DNA of 64,000 bases from an uncultured virus (IMG/VR IMGVR_UViG_3300028805_000071) (IMGVR_UViG_3300028805_000071); one strand, 5' to 3'; numbered from the stretch's first letter, positions 51,921 through 60,500 are shown. The notes: generated by a model from the sequence alone, not told the origin. A program made the numbers and translations.

Positions 51921-52124
51921 ATGGAATTAATATCAAAAGAAGAATTAATTAAAGAATTAAAAGGCTCGGTATTAATGATGAGAGATATTCCCACCTGGCC
52001 GCCCACATATGAAGATACTAATATTTTTCATATTATAGATAAAATACCAGTTATTGAAGTAGATGAAGATGTAATGCCTCCCTGCGCATGGGGCGACAGT
52101 TGTGCATACTACACTTCAGAGTAA
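51921..52124 (+). CDS. Small hypothetical protein, MxLISK family
   Basis: First gene after the promoter; paralogous N-terminus. Confidence 0.65.
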   Translation: MELISKEELIKELKGSVLMMRDIPTWPPTYEDTNIFHIIDKIPVIEVDEDVMPPCAWGDSCAYYTSE

Positions 52125-52136
52125 GGAGATAGGTAA

Positions 52137-52349
52137 ATGGCAAAACTTAAATTTGATATACAAGAAAGTTCGCCACTTATTAAATTTGGCGCACTACAAG
52201 AAGGTGAAATATTTTTGTATCATAATGCACCTTTTATAAAAGCAAACGATAATCACGTACCTAATTTAGTTAATGGCTGTTGGACGTTAATTGATGATGA
52301 TGAACTTGTTACTTACGTCAAATCTGCTGAATTAAAATTAACGATATAA
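52137..52349 (+). CDS. Small hypothetical protein
   Basis: RBS AAGGAG. Confidence 0.65.
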   Translation: MAKLKFDIQESSPLIKFGALQEGEIFLYHNAPFIKANDNHVPNLVNGCWTLIDDDELVTYVKSAELKLTI

Positions 52350-52361
52350 TAAGAGGAAAAA

Positions 52362-52625
52362 ATGGATTTAATATCAAAAGCTGAGGCAATTAGCGCAATA
52401 GATAATATGAGAGCGCAGCCGGACGAAGATGGATATTTATTAATTTATAAAATGGATGCAGTAGATAATATTAGATGTTTACCAGTACAAGAACCTAAAC
52501 GAGGCTATTGGATAGTCGATAAAGATAATATTGGATGTTCAGAATGTGATACGTGGTATATATCAAAGTACATGACGCACAGGAACTTTTGTCCTAATTG
52601 CGGAGTATTAATGGAGGAAGAATAA
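52362..52625 (+). CDS. Zn-ribbon protein, MxLISK family
   Basis: CSEC...FCPNCG. Confidence 0.7.
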   Translation: MDLISKAEAISAIDNMRAQPDEDGYLLIYKMDAVDNIRCLPVQEPKRGYWIVDKDNIGCSECDTWYISKYMTHRNFCPNCGVLMEEE

Positions 52626-52626
52626 T

Positions 52627-52833
52627 ATGGAAGTAGCAATAAAACCTTGTCCTTATTGCGACGATGCTTGGGTATATGCTTCTGTTGGAGATTATGGAAG
52701 TGGATATGAAAGTTATGGCTATCGAATGCAGTGCAGATGTGGGTTTGCTTGGAAAACTATCAACTGGCATGATAACAAAGATGAGGCGATAAAGGAATGG
52801 AATGCGGAGGTGTCTAATGATAGCAATTCCTAA
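52627..52833 (+). CDS. Lar (restriction alleviation)-like Zn-binding protein
   Basis: IKPCPYC...CRCG...EAIKEWN pattern. Confidence 0.55.
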   Translation: MEVAIKPCPYCDDAWVYASVGDYGSGYESYGYRMQCRCGFAWKTINWHDNKDEAIKEWNAEVSNDSNS

Positions 52834-53116
52834 TATAGATAAGCCGCAGCGTTGTCAAGAATGCCCGGCACATACATTTAACTATGGATATATTCCAGGT
52901 GACAATGGTTGTCGCATTTTGAAACGTGCATTCAATATAGATAAGTTAGATATAAACCCTTTTAATGAAGTTCTTCCCGATTGCCCGTTAATCGACATTG
53001 TAGAATGTTGGGAATGCGAATATTATAGGGGCCATGAAGAATATTGTGATATAGACCAGTTTGCAAGAGAACATGGTTTTTGCTATAGCGGAAAAAGGAG
53101 AAACAATGGCGTATAA
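52817..53116 (+). CDS. Cys-rich hypothetical protein
   Basis: GGAGG RBS before ATG 52817; PQRCQECP...PDCPL. Confidence 0.65.
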   Translation: MIAIPNIDKPQRCQECPAHTFNYGYIPGDNGCRILKRAFNIDKLDINPFNEVLPDCPLIDIVECWECEYYRGHEEYCDIDQFAREHGFCYSGKRRNNGV

Positions 53117-53291
53117 ACAATTATGTGACATTTGTGGGCAGGAAATCCACGAGGTGTATTTCGACCCAAGGAAATTCAAGTACAAGCGAAGAATATTCGG
53201 CACTTATGAAACGGTGGACATCTGTCAAGAATGTGCAGAAGAAATGGAGAAATACATTAGAGAAAGGAAAAAGAATGGCGCAACTGATTAA
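53106..53291 (+). CDS. Zn-binding hypothetical protein
   Basis: AAGGAG RBS; CDICG...DICQEC. Confidence 0.65.
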   Translation: MAYKQLCDICGQEIHEVYFDPRKFKYKRRIFGTYETVDICQECAEEMEKYIRERKKNGATD

Positions 53292-53784
53292 AGCACCGAG
53301 CCAAGAAGAGCCTAAATACATTTCTGTATTTTTAGCAGGAGGTATCACTAACTGTAAGAATTGGCAGAAAGAAGTCGAGAAATATCTCTCTAATATAAAA
53401 AAGATTTCTGTTATTAACCCACGGAACGATAAATTTGATGTTACAAATGAACAAGCATCAAAGAATCAGATACAGTGGGAGTTTGACCGATTGGAAAAGG
53501 CAGACATATTTAGTATGTACTTTTGCAATAGTGACTCGGTTCAGCCCATATGTCTTTATGAACTTGGAAGAAATATAGTCCGTATGCAGCAGAGATTCCC
53601 AAACGATTGGGAGGACAGAATAATTATAAGCGTAGAAAACGGATACTCAAGAGAGTTCGACGTGATTATGCAGACAAAGTTGTGCGCATCAAGGCTATTA
53701 GTATTTACAAATGCTAGTCCTTATTCTCACGCAGTAAAAATAGATGAGAAAGTAACAAAGATAAGGAGCAACGATGATATATAA
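53275..53784 (+). CDS. Nucleoside 2-deoxyribosyltransferase-like protein
   Basis: SVFLAGGITNCKNWQ, INPR, QIQWE and PICLYELG motifs. Confidence 0.8.
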   Translation: MAQLIKAPSQEEPKYISVFLAGGITNCKNWQKEVEKYLSNIKKISVINPRNDKFDVTNEQASKNQIQWEFDRLEKADIFSMYFCNSDSVQPICLYELGRNIVRMQQRFPNDWEDRIIISVENGYSREFDVIMQTKLCASRLLVFTNASPYSHAVKIDEKVTKIRSNDDI

Positions 53785-54052
53785 GAAATACCAGGCAAAC
53801 CACGAAGAAGAGAAAATAGAAACAGACGGGTGTAATGGATGTAAATATATTTTTGTACAGACCTGGGAAGAACCATGCAGACGATGTAAGCGTACCGCAA
53901 AGGACTTATATGAAAGGGCAAGTAATGAGATAAAACAAACGATAGAGGTATCTATTGAATCACTCAATGCTGATAGAGAAACAAATCGTAAAATATTAGA
54001 CGATATTAAATCAGGCAAAGGATTACCGCCGATAAAAATGGAGGGAAGATAA
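53774..54052 (+). CDS. Cys-containing hypothetical protein
   Basis: CNGCKY...EEPCRRCKR. Confidence 0.65.
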   Translation: MIYKKYQANHEEEKIETDGCNGCKYIFVQTWEEPCRRCKRTAKDLYERASNEIKQTIEVSIESLNADRETNRKILDDIKSGKGLPPIKMEGR

Positions 54053-54330
54053 TGAGCTTAATACTTGAAGGCATAGACCTGCCGAAAGGCGAGACAGCAG
54101 AAGTAATAATTCGCATTCAGCCGAATGGAGATATAAAAGATGGGCACGGAATATTATTAACAGAAACAAAAGCCACGCAGATATCCACCCCACACGGAAG
54201 GTTAATAGATGGCGGCAAACTTGACAAACTTGTTCATGAATGGAGTCCCGTCTATACATATGGAAGAAGTGCATTTACCAGAGCGATAGAAAATGCACCC
54301 ACGATATTAAAAGCAGAAGGAGAATGGTGA
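54052..54330 (+). CDS. Hypothetical protein, HG(R/D)LID...NAPTIL family; ends at TGA
   Basis: TAATG start coupling; TGATG overlap with the next gene. Confidence 0.7.
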   Translation: MSLILEGIDLPKGETAEVIIRIQPNGDIKDGHGILLTETKATQISTPHGRLIDGGKLDKLVHEWSPVYTYGRSAFTRAIENAPTILKAEGEW

Positions 54331-54617
54331 TGTCGTTTATAGTAAAGGGCATTGATTTACCAAAGGATAATAATAGTTTAGACATTCATATTTTTAATGG
54401 AAAAGTGGAAGTAGTACATCCGTTAGACGCTTGTGAATTAGCGCATATTAATGGCGAAGCTATCCAGATTCCTAAAGGCCATGGAGATATTAAAGATGTT
54501 AGTAAATTGCGCGTTAGCGAATATGATTGCGAGGGAGAGGTTAGTTGGTACACTATAAGGGCAGTGGATACGTGGGATATTGAGAATGCTCCAACGATAT
54601 TAGAAAGTGAGAAATAA
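54330..54617 (+). CDS. Hypothetical protein, HG(R/D)LID...NAPTIL family
   Basis: MSFIVKGIDLPK, paralogue of its neighbours. Confidence 0.7.
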   Translation: MSFIVKGIDLPKDNNSLDIHIFNGKVEVVHPLDACELAHINGEAIQIPKGHGDIKDVSKLRVSEYDCEGEVSWYTIRAVDTWDIENAPTILESEK

Positions 54618-54618
54618 G

Positions 54619-54912
54619 ATGCAAATAGTAATAGATATACCTAATAGTGATATTACATCAAAACAAAATATTATAAATCTTGATTTGCATTTTATTGATG
54701 GACATATTTGCGAATGCACCTATCCGTTTAAAGAACTACCCAAAGAACATGGAAAGCTGATAGACGCAGATGAAACAAGAAAGCAATATTACCAATGGAT
54801 GGAAGAGTTATTACAATCAACAACCATTAATATGTCCGCAGAGGCGTTGAGTTTATTATGCGGATTCACTTTAATAAATAATGCCCCGGCAGTATTAGAA
54901 GCAGAGGAGTAA
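54619..54912 (+). CDS. Hypothetical protein, HG(R/D)LID...NAPTIL family
   Basis: HGKLIDAD...NAPAVLEAEE. Confidence 0.7.
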   Translation: MQIVIDIPNSDITSKQNIINLDLHFIDGHICECTYPFKELPKEHGKLIDADETRKQYYQWMEELLQSTTINMSAEALSLLCGFTLINNAPAVLEAEE

Positions 54913-54913
54913 A

Positions 54914-55240
54914 ATGAGTTTAGTAATAAAAGGAATTAATAAACCAAAGGAAGGCGAAATGGTCGTTATAGGAATACAAGCGACAGACGCAGTTATTGAT
55001 ACTTGGGAAACCAGCGAAATAGATGGAGAAGACGTATTTGTAAAACGAGAACATATTAAACACGCTGATATTATTCAAATTCCAGAGGAGCATGGAGATA
55101 TTAAAGATATCAATACTTTTGTAAAAGATAAAAGTATATACGAATGCATTGAAAATGATGTATTTAACAAGAAATATACTTATTTGGTTGGTGTAGGTGC
55201 TATATATAATGCGCCAACGATTTTAGAAGCGGAGGAGTAA
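54914..55240 (+). CDS. Hypothetical protein, HG(R/D)LID...NAPTIL family
   Basis: MSLVIKGINKPK...HGDIKD...NAPTILEAEE. Confidence 0.7.
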   Translation: MSLVIKGINKPKEGEMVVIGIQATDAVIDTWETSEIDGEDVFVKREHIKHADIIQIPEEHGDIKDINTFVKDKSIYECIENDVFNKKYTYLVGVGAIYNAPTILEAEE

Positions 55241-55241
55241 T

Positions 55242-55469
55242 ATGGAAGTAACATGTTGTGACATTTGCCGCAAACCTTTAACTCGTAAAGGATATAAAGA
55301 CCAAGACGGCAAGGATTGGAGAGATATAAGTTTTAGAGAACGCAAATATAGTACAAGGATATTCTCATTTGTAAAAAGCGCATTTGATACCGAATATATA
55401 TCCGTGTGCGGATATTGTCGTTCAGAATTAGCAAAACATAATCCTAGGGAAGGACTAAAGGGAGAATAA
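55242..55469 (+). CDS. Zn-binding hypothetical protein
   Basis: CCDIC...CGYC; GGAGG RBS. Confidence 0.65.
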   Translation: MEVTCCDICRKPLTRKGYKDQDGKDWRDISFRERKYSTRIFSFVKSAFDTEYISVCGYCRSELAKHNPREGLKGE

Positions 55470-55765
55470 TGATAGGATTAATATCCAGAGATGAAGCAAT
55501 TAAACAAATAGACGAAGCGTTTGACGTTGGTGGATGTTATTGTGATAAATATGCAATCCGAGGCATATTAAGAAGCCTTCCCACTATAGAAGAACGCAAA
55601 GAGGGGAGATGGGTAAGAATCACTCAAGACGTGGGTGTAGGACCTCATCTATATAAGTGTAGTGAATGTCATAGAGTTATTGAATATAGTAGTTCCGAAC
55701 TCCCCTGCTTGTTGGAGATGAAGTTTCCTTACTGTCATTGCGGAGCAAAGATGAGAGGAGAATAA
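55469..55765 (+). CDS. Zn-ribbon protein, MxLISR family
   Basis: LPTIEERKEGRW...CSEC...CHCGAKM. Confidence 0.7.
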   Translation: MIGLISRDEAIKQIDEAFDVGGCYCDKYAIRGILRSLPTIEERKEGRWVRITQDVGVGPHLYKCSECHRVIEYSSSELPCLLEMKFPYCHCGAKMRGE

Positions 55766-55766
55766 T

Positions 55767-55841
55767 ATGGGAGACAAGTTTTATAAATATTTCTTTTATA
55801 TTATAGGGGTAATGGCAATCTTGAAATTTATATTAGGATAG
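55767..55841 (+). CDS. 24-aa hydrophobic peptide
   Basis: GAGGAG RBS, MGDKFYKYFFYIIGVMAILKFILG*, fills the gap. Confidence 0.5.
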   Translation: MGDKFYKYFFYIIGVMAILKFILG

Positions 55842-55854
55842 ATAGGAGAATAAT

Positions 55855-56127
55855 ATGGAATTAATATCAAGACAAGACGTAAAGGACACGATTAAACGCA
55901 AACCCTTTTCTTTGATTGATGAACGAATACTAATGAATACCATTGATTCTATCCCCACTGTAGAAGAACGGAAAGAAAGTGAATGGATAATCCTTAAAGA
56001 ACCTACCGGGGGACTACCGAAAAGATGGCGAGTTAAATGTCCGATTTGTCGTAAAACATTAAGAATAAGAGATAAAGAATTATGGGAGTTTTGTCCTTGT
56101 TGTGGAACAAGGATGGGGAAAAAATAA
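55855..56127 (+). CDS. Zn-ribbon protein, MxLISR family
   Basis: IPTVEERKESEW...CPIC...FCPCCG. Confidence 0.7.
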   Translation: MELISRQDVKDTIKRKPFSLIDERILMNTIDSIPTVEERKESEWIILKEPTGGLPKRWRVKCPICRKTLRIRDKELWEFCPCCGTRMGKK

Positions 56128-56128
56128 A

Positions 56129-56377
56129 ATGAAAACAATAGAACAAGTACGTGAAGAAACAAAATTAGGCGATGTATTTATAGGCGAAGTATTTACTTTA
56201 GAAGAATTTATGGAAGAGGTAGACCGTGGCAGCATCACCGAATACGACGGCATTGGCTATTTCCATGATGGGGAAAAAGAAACTGCTATTAGCGTGTTTT
56301 CTCCTATATGGTTTAAATACAACAGCGTCGATGAAGTTATAGAACAATTTCCATATGTAATTTGGTATAATAAATAG
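56129..56377 (+). CDS. Hypothetical protein
   Basis: YDGIGYF...YVIWYNK. Confidence 0.65.
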   Translation: MKTIEQVREETKLGDVFIGEVFTLEEFMEEVDRGSITEYDGIGYFHDGEKETAISVFSPIWFKYNSVDEVIEQFPYVIWYNK

Positions 56378-56386
56378 GAGAATGAT

Positions 56387-56581
56387 ATGATAGAAATTTC
56401 AGAATGGGAATTAGCAAGACTTCGAGAGCATGACAAAAGTTATTATGAATTAAAACAAGAAAAGGAAGATTTATGTTCTGCATTAGCTCCTATATTTAAA
56501 CAACTGATTGAAAACTTAGATGATGAAACTTTATATAAGTTAAAAACAGATATGGGCCAGGCGTGTCTATATTATGACTGA
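56387..56581 (+). CDS. Hypothetical protein ending at TGA (in frame with the next gene)
   Basis: AGGAG RBS. Confidence 0.6.
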   Translation: MIEISEWELARLREHDKSYYELKQEKEDLCSALAPIFKQLIENLDDETLYKLKTDMGQACLYYD

Positions 56582-56605
56582 ACAAAAGTAGATAAGGAAA
56601 ATAAT

Positions 56606-56797
56606 ATGGTAAAAGCAAATGACGTAGAAATTTATATAAAATGGTATGGTTCTAATGGGTTTGGCGAATACAATATTTGGACAGACACAGAGGGCCGCAT
56701 TAAAGGCGATTCTGAGTATATGGACAAAGGCGACAAAAAAGATTTTTTGAAAAGTTTATTTGACTCTATTTTAGAGCAGATTGAGATAGTTGGATAA
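56606..56797 (+). CDS. Hypothetical protein
   Basis: AAGGA RBS. Confidence 0.6.
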   Translation: MVKANDVEIYIKWYGSNGFGEYNIWTDTEGRIKGDSEYMDKGDKKDFLKSLFDSILEQIEIVG

Positions 56798-57018
56798 TGG
56801 GAATAATAGACGATATAAATAAATTGCACCAGGTTGGATTACAGAATGGAGTGGAATATAAGACGTTAAGAATTAATAGGGAATTATTGGATAAACTTGA
56901 AGCGGAGATAAATGGGTTCGTGCAGCCGGCGACGCTAGATAATTCGATAGCGACGTTGTTCGGTATGAAAATAGAGCCAGTAGAGGACTCAGACTATTGT
57001 TATATATTGGAGGATTAG
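56797..57018 (+). CDS. Hypothetical protein
   Basis: TAATG coupling. Confidence 0.6.
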   Translation: MGIIDDINKLHQVGLQNGVEYKTLRINRELLDKLEAEINGFVQPATLDNSIATLFGMKIEPVEDSDYCYILED

Positions 57019-57019
57019 T

Positions 57020-57163
57020 ATGGGGATAGCGTTTTTGATGGCGGTAGGGTTTGCGGCTTTCTTCGTGCTGGGGTATACTCTGGGCCATATGGCAGGGTTT
57101 AACCACGGCCATGAGGCAGGTATCGAGGAAGAACGCGACAGGTATTGCCGGATGGGGCCTTGA
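57020..57163 (+). CDS. Small membrane protein (47 aa) ending at TGA
   Basis: GGAGG RBS; MGIAFLMAVGFAAFFVLGY... Confidence 0.6.
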   Translation: MGIAFLMAVGFAAFFVLGYTLGHMAGFNHGHEAGIEEERDRYCRMGP

Positions 57164-57188
57164 CAAAATTAAAAATAAATGTTATAAT
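57160..57188 (+). promoter_or_regulatory. sigmaA promoter
   Basis: TTGACA-17-TATAAT with extended -10 TG. Confidence 0.85.
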
Positions 57189-57217
57189 TTATATATAAAG
57201 TGAAAGGAAAAAAATAA

Positions 57218-57421
57218 ATGGATAACGGAGCAACAGTAGGAAAAATGTTCTATAGAGGCCAAGAGTACGAGGCTCATCTGGACGCAGAAGGAAACTTATT
57301 GGTGCCGTCATTCTTTAAAGATGGCTCTGAGTTAATTGTGTATTATGTGAAGGTGCCGGTGGAGCTCCTGGAGACCATATATACAATGACCAAGCAGAGA
57401 TATGAACTTGAAAATTTATAA
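57218..57421 (+). CDS. Hypothetical protein
   Basis: Own promoter and AAAGGA RBS. Confidence 0.65.
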   Translation: MDNGATVGKMFYRGQEYEAHLDAEGNLLVPSFFKDGSELIVYYVKVPVELLETIYTMTKQRYELENL

Positions 57422-57436
57422 AAAATTTGATATAAT
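57408..57436 (+). promoter_or_regulatory. sigmaA promoter with no downstream ORF
   Basis: TTGAAA-17-TATAAT with extended -10 TG. Confidence 0.7.
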
Positions 57437-57442
57437 ATTAAT

Positions 57443-57555
57443 ATAAAGAAGAGAAAATTTAAATATAAAAAAACCAAACTCTTTACCTTTCTTACACTCT
57501 CTTCTTCCCAGTTGCTGGGAGTTGGGCGGGGCCGCAGGCTCCGCCTTTTTGTTTT
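57443..57555 (+). ncRNA. Candidate small RNA with a pyrimidine-rich anti-RBS tract
   Basis: Bounded by the promoter at 57408 and terminator GGCGGGGCC-GCA-GGCTCCGCC-TTTTT; no ORF or RBS. Confidence 0.45.
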
Positions 57556-57592
57556 GGTAAAACTTGGGGTCGACGGGAGGGGGAGACAATAA

Positions 57593-57606
57593 CGAACACG
57601 CGTTCT
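57593..57606. promoter_or_regulatory. LexA (Cheo/SOS) box
   Basis: CGAACACGCGTTCT versus the Firmicute consensus CGAACRNRYGTTCG. Confidence 0.6.
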
Positions 57607-57699
57607 TTTTTTGTTTTTTTCCCAAAAAACACCCCCCAGTATATACGTAGATATACCGGTGGCTCGCGCGAGCCAGCGAGGTAGGACCCGGGGGGTCGG

Positions 57700-58905
57700 G
57701 CCCTAAACAAACAAACAAGCTAATGACACACAGGACATTAAACAAAATAAATTTTGTTAAAAGATAAGATTAAATACCAAAAGCAAACATAAATCAATTG
57801 TTTAAATAAATAAATAACAATCAATACAATACTATAATGCATAGTCATCCACTACTGCTGCTCTACCCATGGCATGGCACAGTATACCAATAGTAGATGA
57901 CACACAACACACTACTGAGAGCTTGGCGCTGGGGCGGTCACCGTTGACGAGCGTGAAAAGTGCTGATTCGCGCAAGGAGAAGCTTTGCAGAAAAAATCGC
58001 ACAACAACACAACAAATGTAATACAATCATTTATCCTAAAACTCTAATACACCACGACAGTAGGGGCAATGCATGCACACACAGACAGAGGGGCAGCCAG
58101 GCTGGCCAGCCACAGCCAACGAGCAAACAACGAACATACAAAGAACAATAGATTAACACACAAGCAACACACAACACACAACACACACATAATGATATAA
58201 TAATATATATAATATATATACATACACATAGGTATAGGGATGCCATGGGGTAGGGGTAGGGGGCGTGGTGTGGTAGGCACACAGTATAGTAACACAATAA
58301 GATAGATAATAAACATATAATATAATACACAAACAGTAAACAGTATTCTATCTATTGGTTTCAGTATGGGTATGAGATATGTGGTAATGTAGTAATAATA
58401 CCTAGACACGTAAGCTGTAGTGTATAGCTACACAGTACACAAGCAGGACACAACGTGTAACACAAAGGGTGAGACACACATAGATACATACACATACACA
58501 CACAACAACAGACACACAGACAATCAACAACACAAGCAACACATACACAACAACAGATAGATAGATACACAACATACAATAATACATACACACAAAGAGA
58601 TAGATAAGAACAAGACAATAGACAACACAAGCAATCAACCAACAGACAAAGAGAAGATAGAATAAAAGATAAAAGAAAATAAATAGAAATAAGATTTGTT
58701 ATTGTGTTTTAGTTTCAGGTACAGTGTATGGTATAGGTAGTATACCAAGGGGTAGTCTGCAGGTCTACTGGACAGGGTAGGTGCAGTGGGGCATAGACCT
58801 AATGGCCAACAGAGAGACAGAGAGAGAAAGAAGATAAAGAGATAATAAAGTATTAACAACAACACAAAGAATAATAATTGATATTTATATATGATATATT
58901 GCATG
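57700..58905. repeat. Strand-biased low-complexity CA/ACAA/AGAT-rich non-coding tract
   Basis: Imperfect ACAC, ACAA and AGAT runs; no TT dinucleotide on the plus strand between 58362 and 58694. Confidence 0.8.
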
Positions 58906-58990
58906 GCTGTGGGGCTGGGCCTGCCCCCGCGCCGCCCCCGGCCATGGCGGCGCGAGTTTTCGCTGTATACAGCCCGTGCATAAAATTTAA

Positions 58991-59166
58991 CGCTTCACCG
59001 CGGTAAAGTGGTAACGCGGTGAACTCCTGAAATTCAGCACTTTAACGCGGTGAAGTGCGAAAGACTTTAGCGCGGTGAAGCGTTAACGCAGTAAAGCAAA
59101 TTTTTGTTTTTTGCGATAAAAAGCAAAAATTTTACTTTTTCCGCCATGCTTTAGTGAGTTAAAGCG
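58991..59166. promoter_or_regulatory. Cluster of HisR (TrpR-family)-like 20-bp palindromes
   Basis: YRCTTYA-N6-TRAAGYR at 58991, 59038, 59063, 59079 and 59147. Confidence 0.6.
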
Positions 59167-59180
59167 TTGAAGTCCGTCGC

Positions 59181-59198
59181 TTGTTAAAAATTTAACAA
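59181..59198. promoter_or_regulatory. Rex operator
   Basis: TTGTTAA-AAAT-TTAACAA, matching the clostridial Rex consensus TTGTTAA-N4-TTAACAA. Confidence 0.7.
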
Positions 59199-59199
59199 T

Positions 59200-59233
59200 G
59201 TTATAAGTATGCAAAAAAATGTATAAAAAAACT
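59200..59233. promoter_or_regulatory. Tandem ARG-box-like pair
   Basis: GTTATAAGTATGCA-N6-TGTATAAAAAAACT. Confidence 0.4.
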
Positions 59234-59315
59234 TTTAAAAAAAGTATTGACAAATTGCTAAAGGTATGATAATATATAATTACAAAAGGGAGAGAAAACA
59301 AAGAGAGGTAACAAG

Positions 59316-59564
59316 ATGTATACAGTAACAAATGACGCAAAGGCAAAGACAATCAACGAAAACACAAAGTATGTTGCAATCGCACCGCTTCTTGAAACTG
59401 TTATAAATATGTCAAAGGACAAGGCTCCTTACACAGTGCTTACTGTTGGAGCAACACTCGAAGAGGTTGAGATGTTCGCTTCTTCCGATTGGATGATGGC
59501 TCACGCAATCGTTGATGGTTGGTGGACAATCGTAACAATCGATGAAATAACAATCAATAACTAA
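59316..59564 (+). CDS. Early hypothetical protein (82 aa)
   Basis: Promoter, GAGAGG RBS, terminator at 59563-59586. Confidence 0.75.
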   Translation: MYTVTNDAKAKTINENTKYVAIAPLLETVINMSKDKAPYTVLTVGATLEEVEMFASSDWMMAHAIVDGWWTIVTIDEITINN

Positions 59565-59598
59565 AAAAGGCGAAAGCCTTTTTTTATTTGCGTCGTGG

Positions 59599-59612
59599 CG
59601 AACATACGTTCG
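59599..59612. promoter_or_regulatory. LexA (Cheo/SOS) box
   Basis: CGAACATACGTTCG, exact consensus match. Confidence 0.8.
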
Positions 59613-59629
59613 GTTAGTCACCGCTAACC
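59612..59629. promoter_or_regulatory. GGTTAG-N6-CTAACC palindrome, DtxR/MntR-family-like operator
   Basis: GGTTAGTCACCGCTAACC abutting the LexA box. Confidence 0.4.
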
Positions 59630-59660
59630 AATAGGCACATTCCCCTCTTCCATCATCCTC

Positions 59661-59689
59661 ATTATAACATAAAACCGCAAGGCTGTCAA
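59661..59689 (-). promoter_or_regulatory. Minus-strand sigmaA promoter
   Basis: TTGACA-17-TATAAT with TG, reading towards the LexA box. Confidence 0.75.
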
Positions 59690-59782
59690 TAGAAAAAATA
59701 AAAAAAATTTTTTTAAAAAAGTATTGACAAACCCTCTTCAGTGTGCTATCATTATTATAGAAAGAAGAGAGGAGAACAAACA

Positions 59783-60214
59783 ATGAGAATTTGGTTAGAC
59801 ATGGACGGAACAATCGCAGACCTTTACGGAGTAGAAAACTGGCTCCCTATGTTAGAAGCAGAAGACCCTACACCTTACGCAATCGCAAGACCGCTTGTGA
59901 GAATGAACATTCTCGCAAGATTGTTAAATAAGGCACAGAGAAACGGCTATGAAATTTGCATCGTGTCCGCACTCTCAAAGAACGGCTCCGCAGAGTATGG
60001 GCAGAAAGTAATCAACGCAAAGTTAACTTGGTTACAGACCCACCTCGCAAGCGTAAAGTTTGACGAAATCCAGTTCGTATCTTACACCTACACAAAGAAC
60101 AATGTAAATAGTGGAAATGATATTCTTTTCGATGATGAAGAGAGACACCTCACCGCTTGGACGGGTGAAGCCTACAACGCAAGAAACATTTTAGAGGTTT
60201 TAAGAAACCTCTAA
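59783..60214 (+). CDS. HAD-superfamily 5'(3')-nucleotidase-like protein (143 aa)
   Basis: WLDMDGTIAD motif I, K..WL, ILFDD motif IV. Confidence 0.8.
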   Translation: MRIWLDMDGTIADLYGVENWLPMLEAEDPTPYAIARPLVRMNILARLLNKAQRNGYEICIVSALSKNGSAEYGQKVINAKLTWLQTHLASVKFDEIQFVSYTYTKNNVNSGNDILFDDEERHLTAWTGEAYNARNILEVLRNL

Positions 60215-60294
60215 TTTTTTTTATAAAAAAGGCTTGACAGAACACCAAAAGGATGATATAATAAAGGTACAGAAAACGAAAGGAGACCAAAGCA

Positions 60295-60468
60295 ATGAAG
60301 GAAGTTATAGGAATTGTAATCTTAAGTTTAATCGTTTTATTGGTAGTCGCCTCAATCGCATTTTTACTGTGGTTTGGCGTTTCATGGGCTTCGATAATGT
60401 TTCAAAATCTCGACATGGACGAGCCCACGGTATTAAGTTCGTGGAATCTATTTTCATTCATTGGATAG
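60295..60468 (+). CDS. Small membrane protein (57 aa)
   Basis: AAGGAG RBS; MKEVIGIVILSLIVLLVVASIAFLLWFG...; terminator follows. Confidence 0.7.
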   Translation: MKEVIGIVILSLIVLLVVASIAFLLWFGVSWASIMFQNLDMDEPTVLSSWNLFSFIG

Positions 60469-60500
60469 GAAAGAGGGCAAAGCCCTCTTTTTTCTGTTGT

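Noticed and set aside
58420..58440. YtrA/GntR-like palindrome GTGTA-N11-TACAC
   Set aside because: Likely by chance within a CA/TA-rich low-complexity tract.
57416..58904. Minus-strand Cys/Val/Tyr-rich ORFs in the track
   Set aside because: Translation artefacts of the TG-rich strand; they overlap in several frames and have no RBS.
57700..58905. Eukaryotic microsatellite contamination
   Set aside because: The repeats are imperfect, and both flanks carry motifs that recur in the phage spacers (LexA box 57593, GC hairpin 58928). Not fully excluded without reads.
59075..59090. CcpA cre site (GTGAAGCGTTAACG)
   Set aside because: The left arm does not fit TGWAARCG; better explained as overlapping HisR-like boxes.
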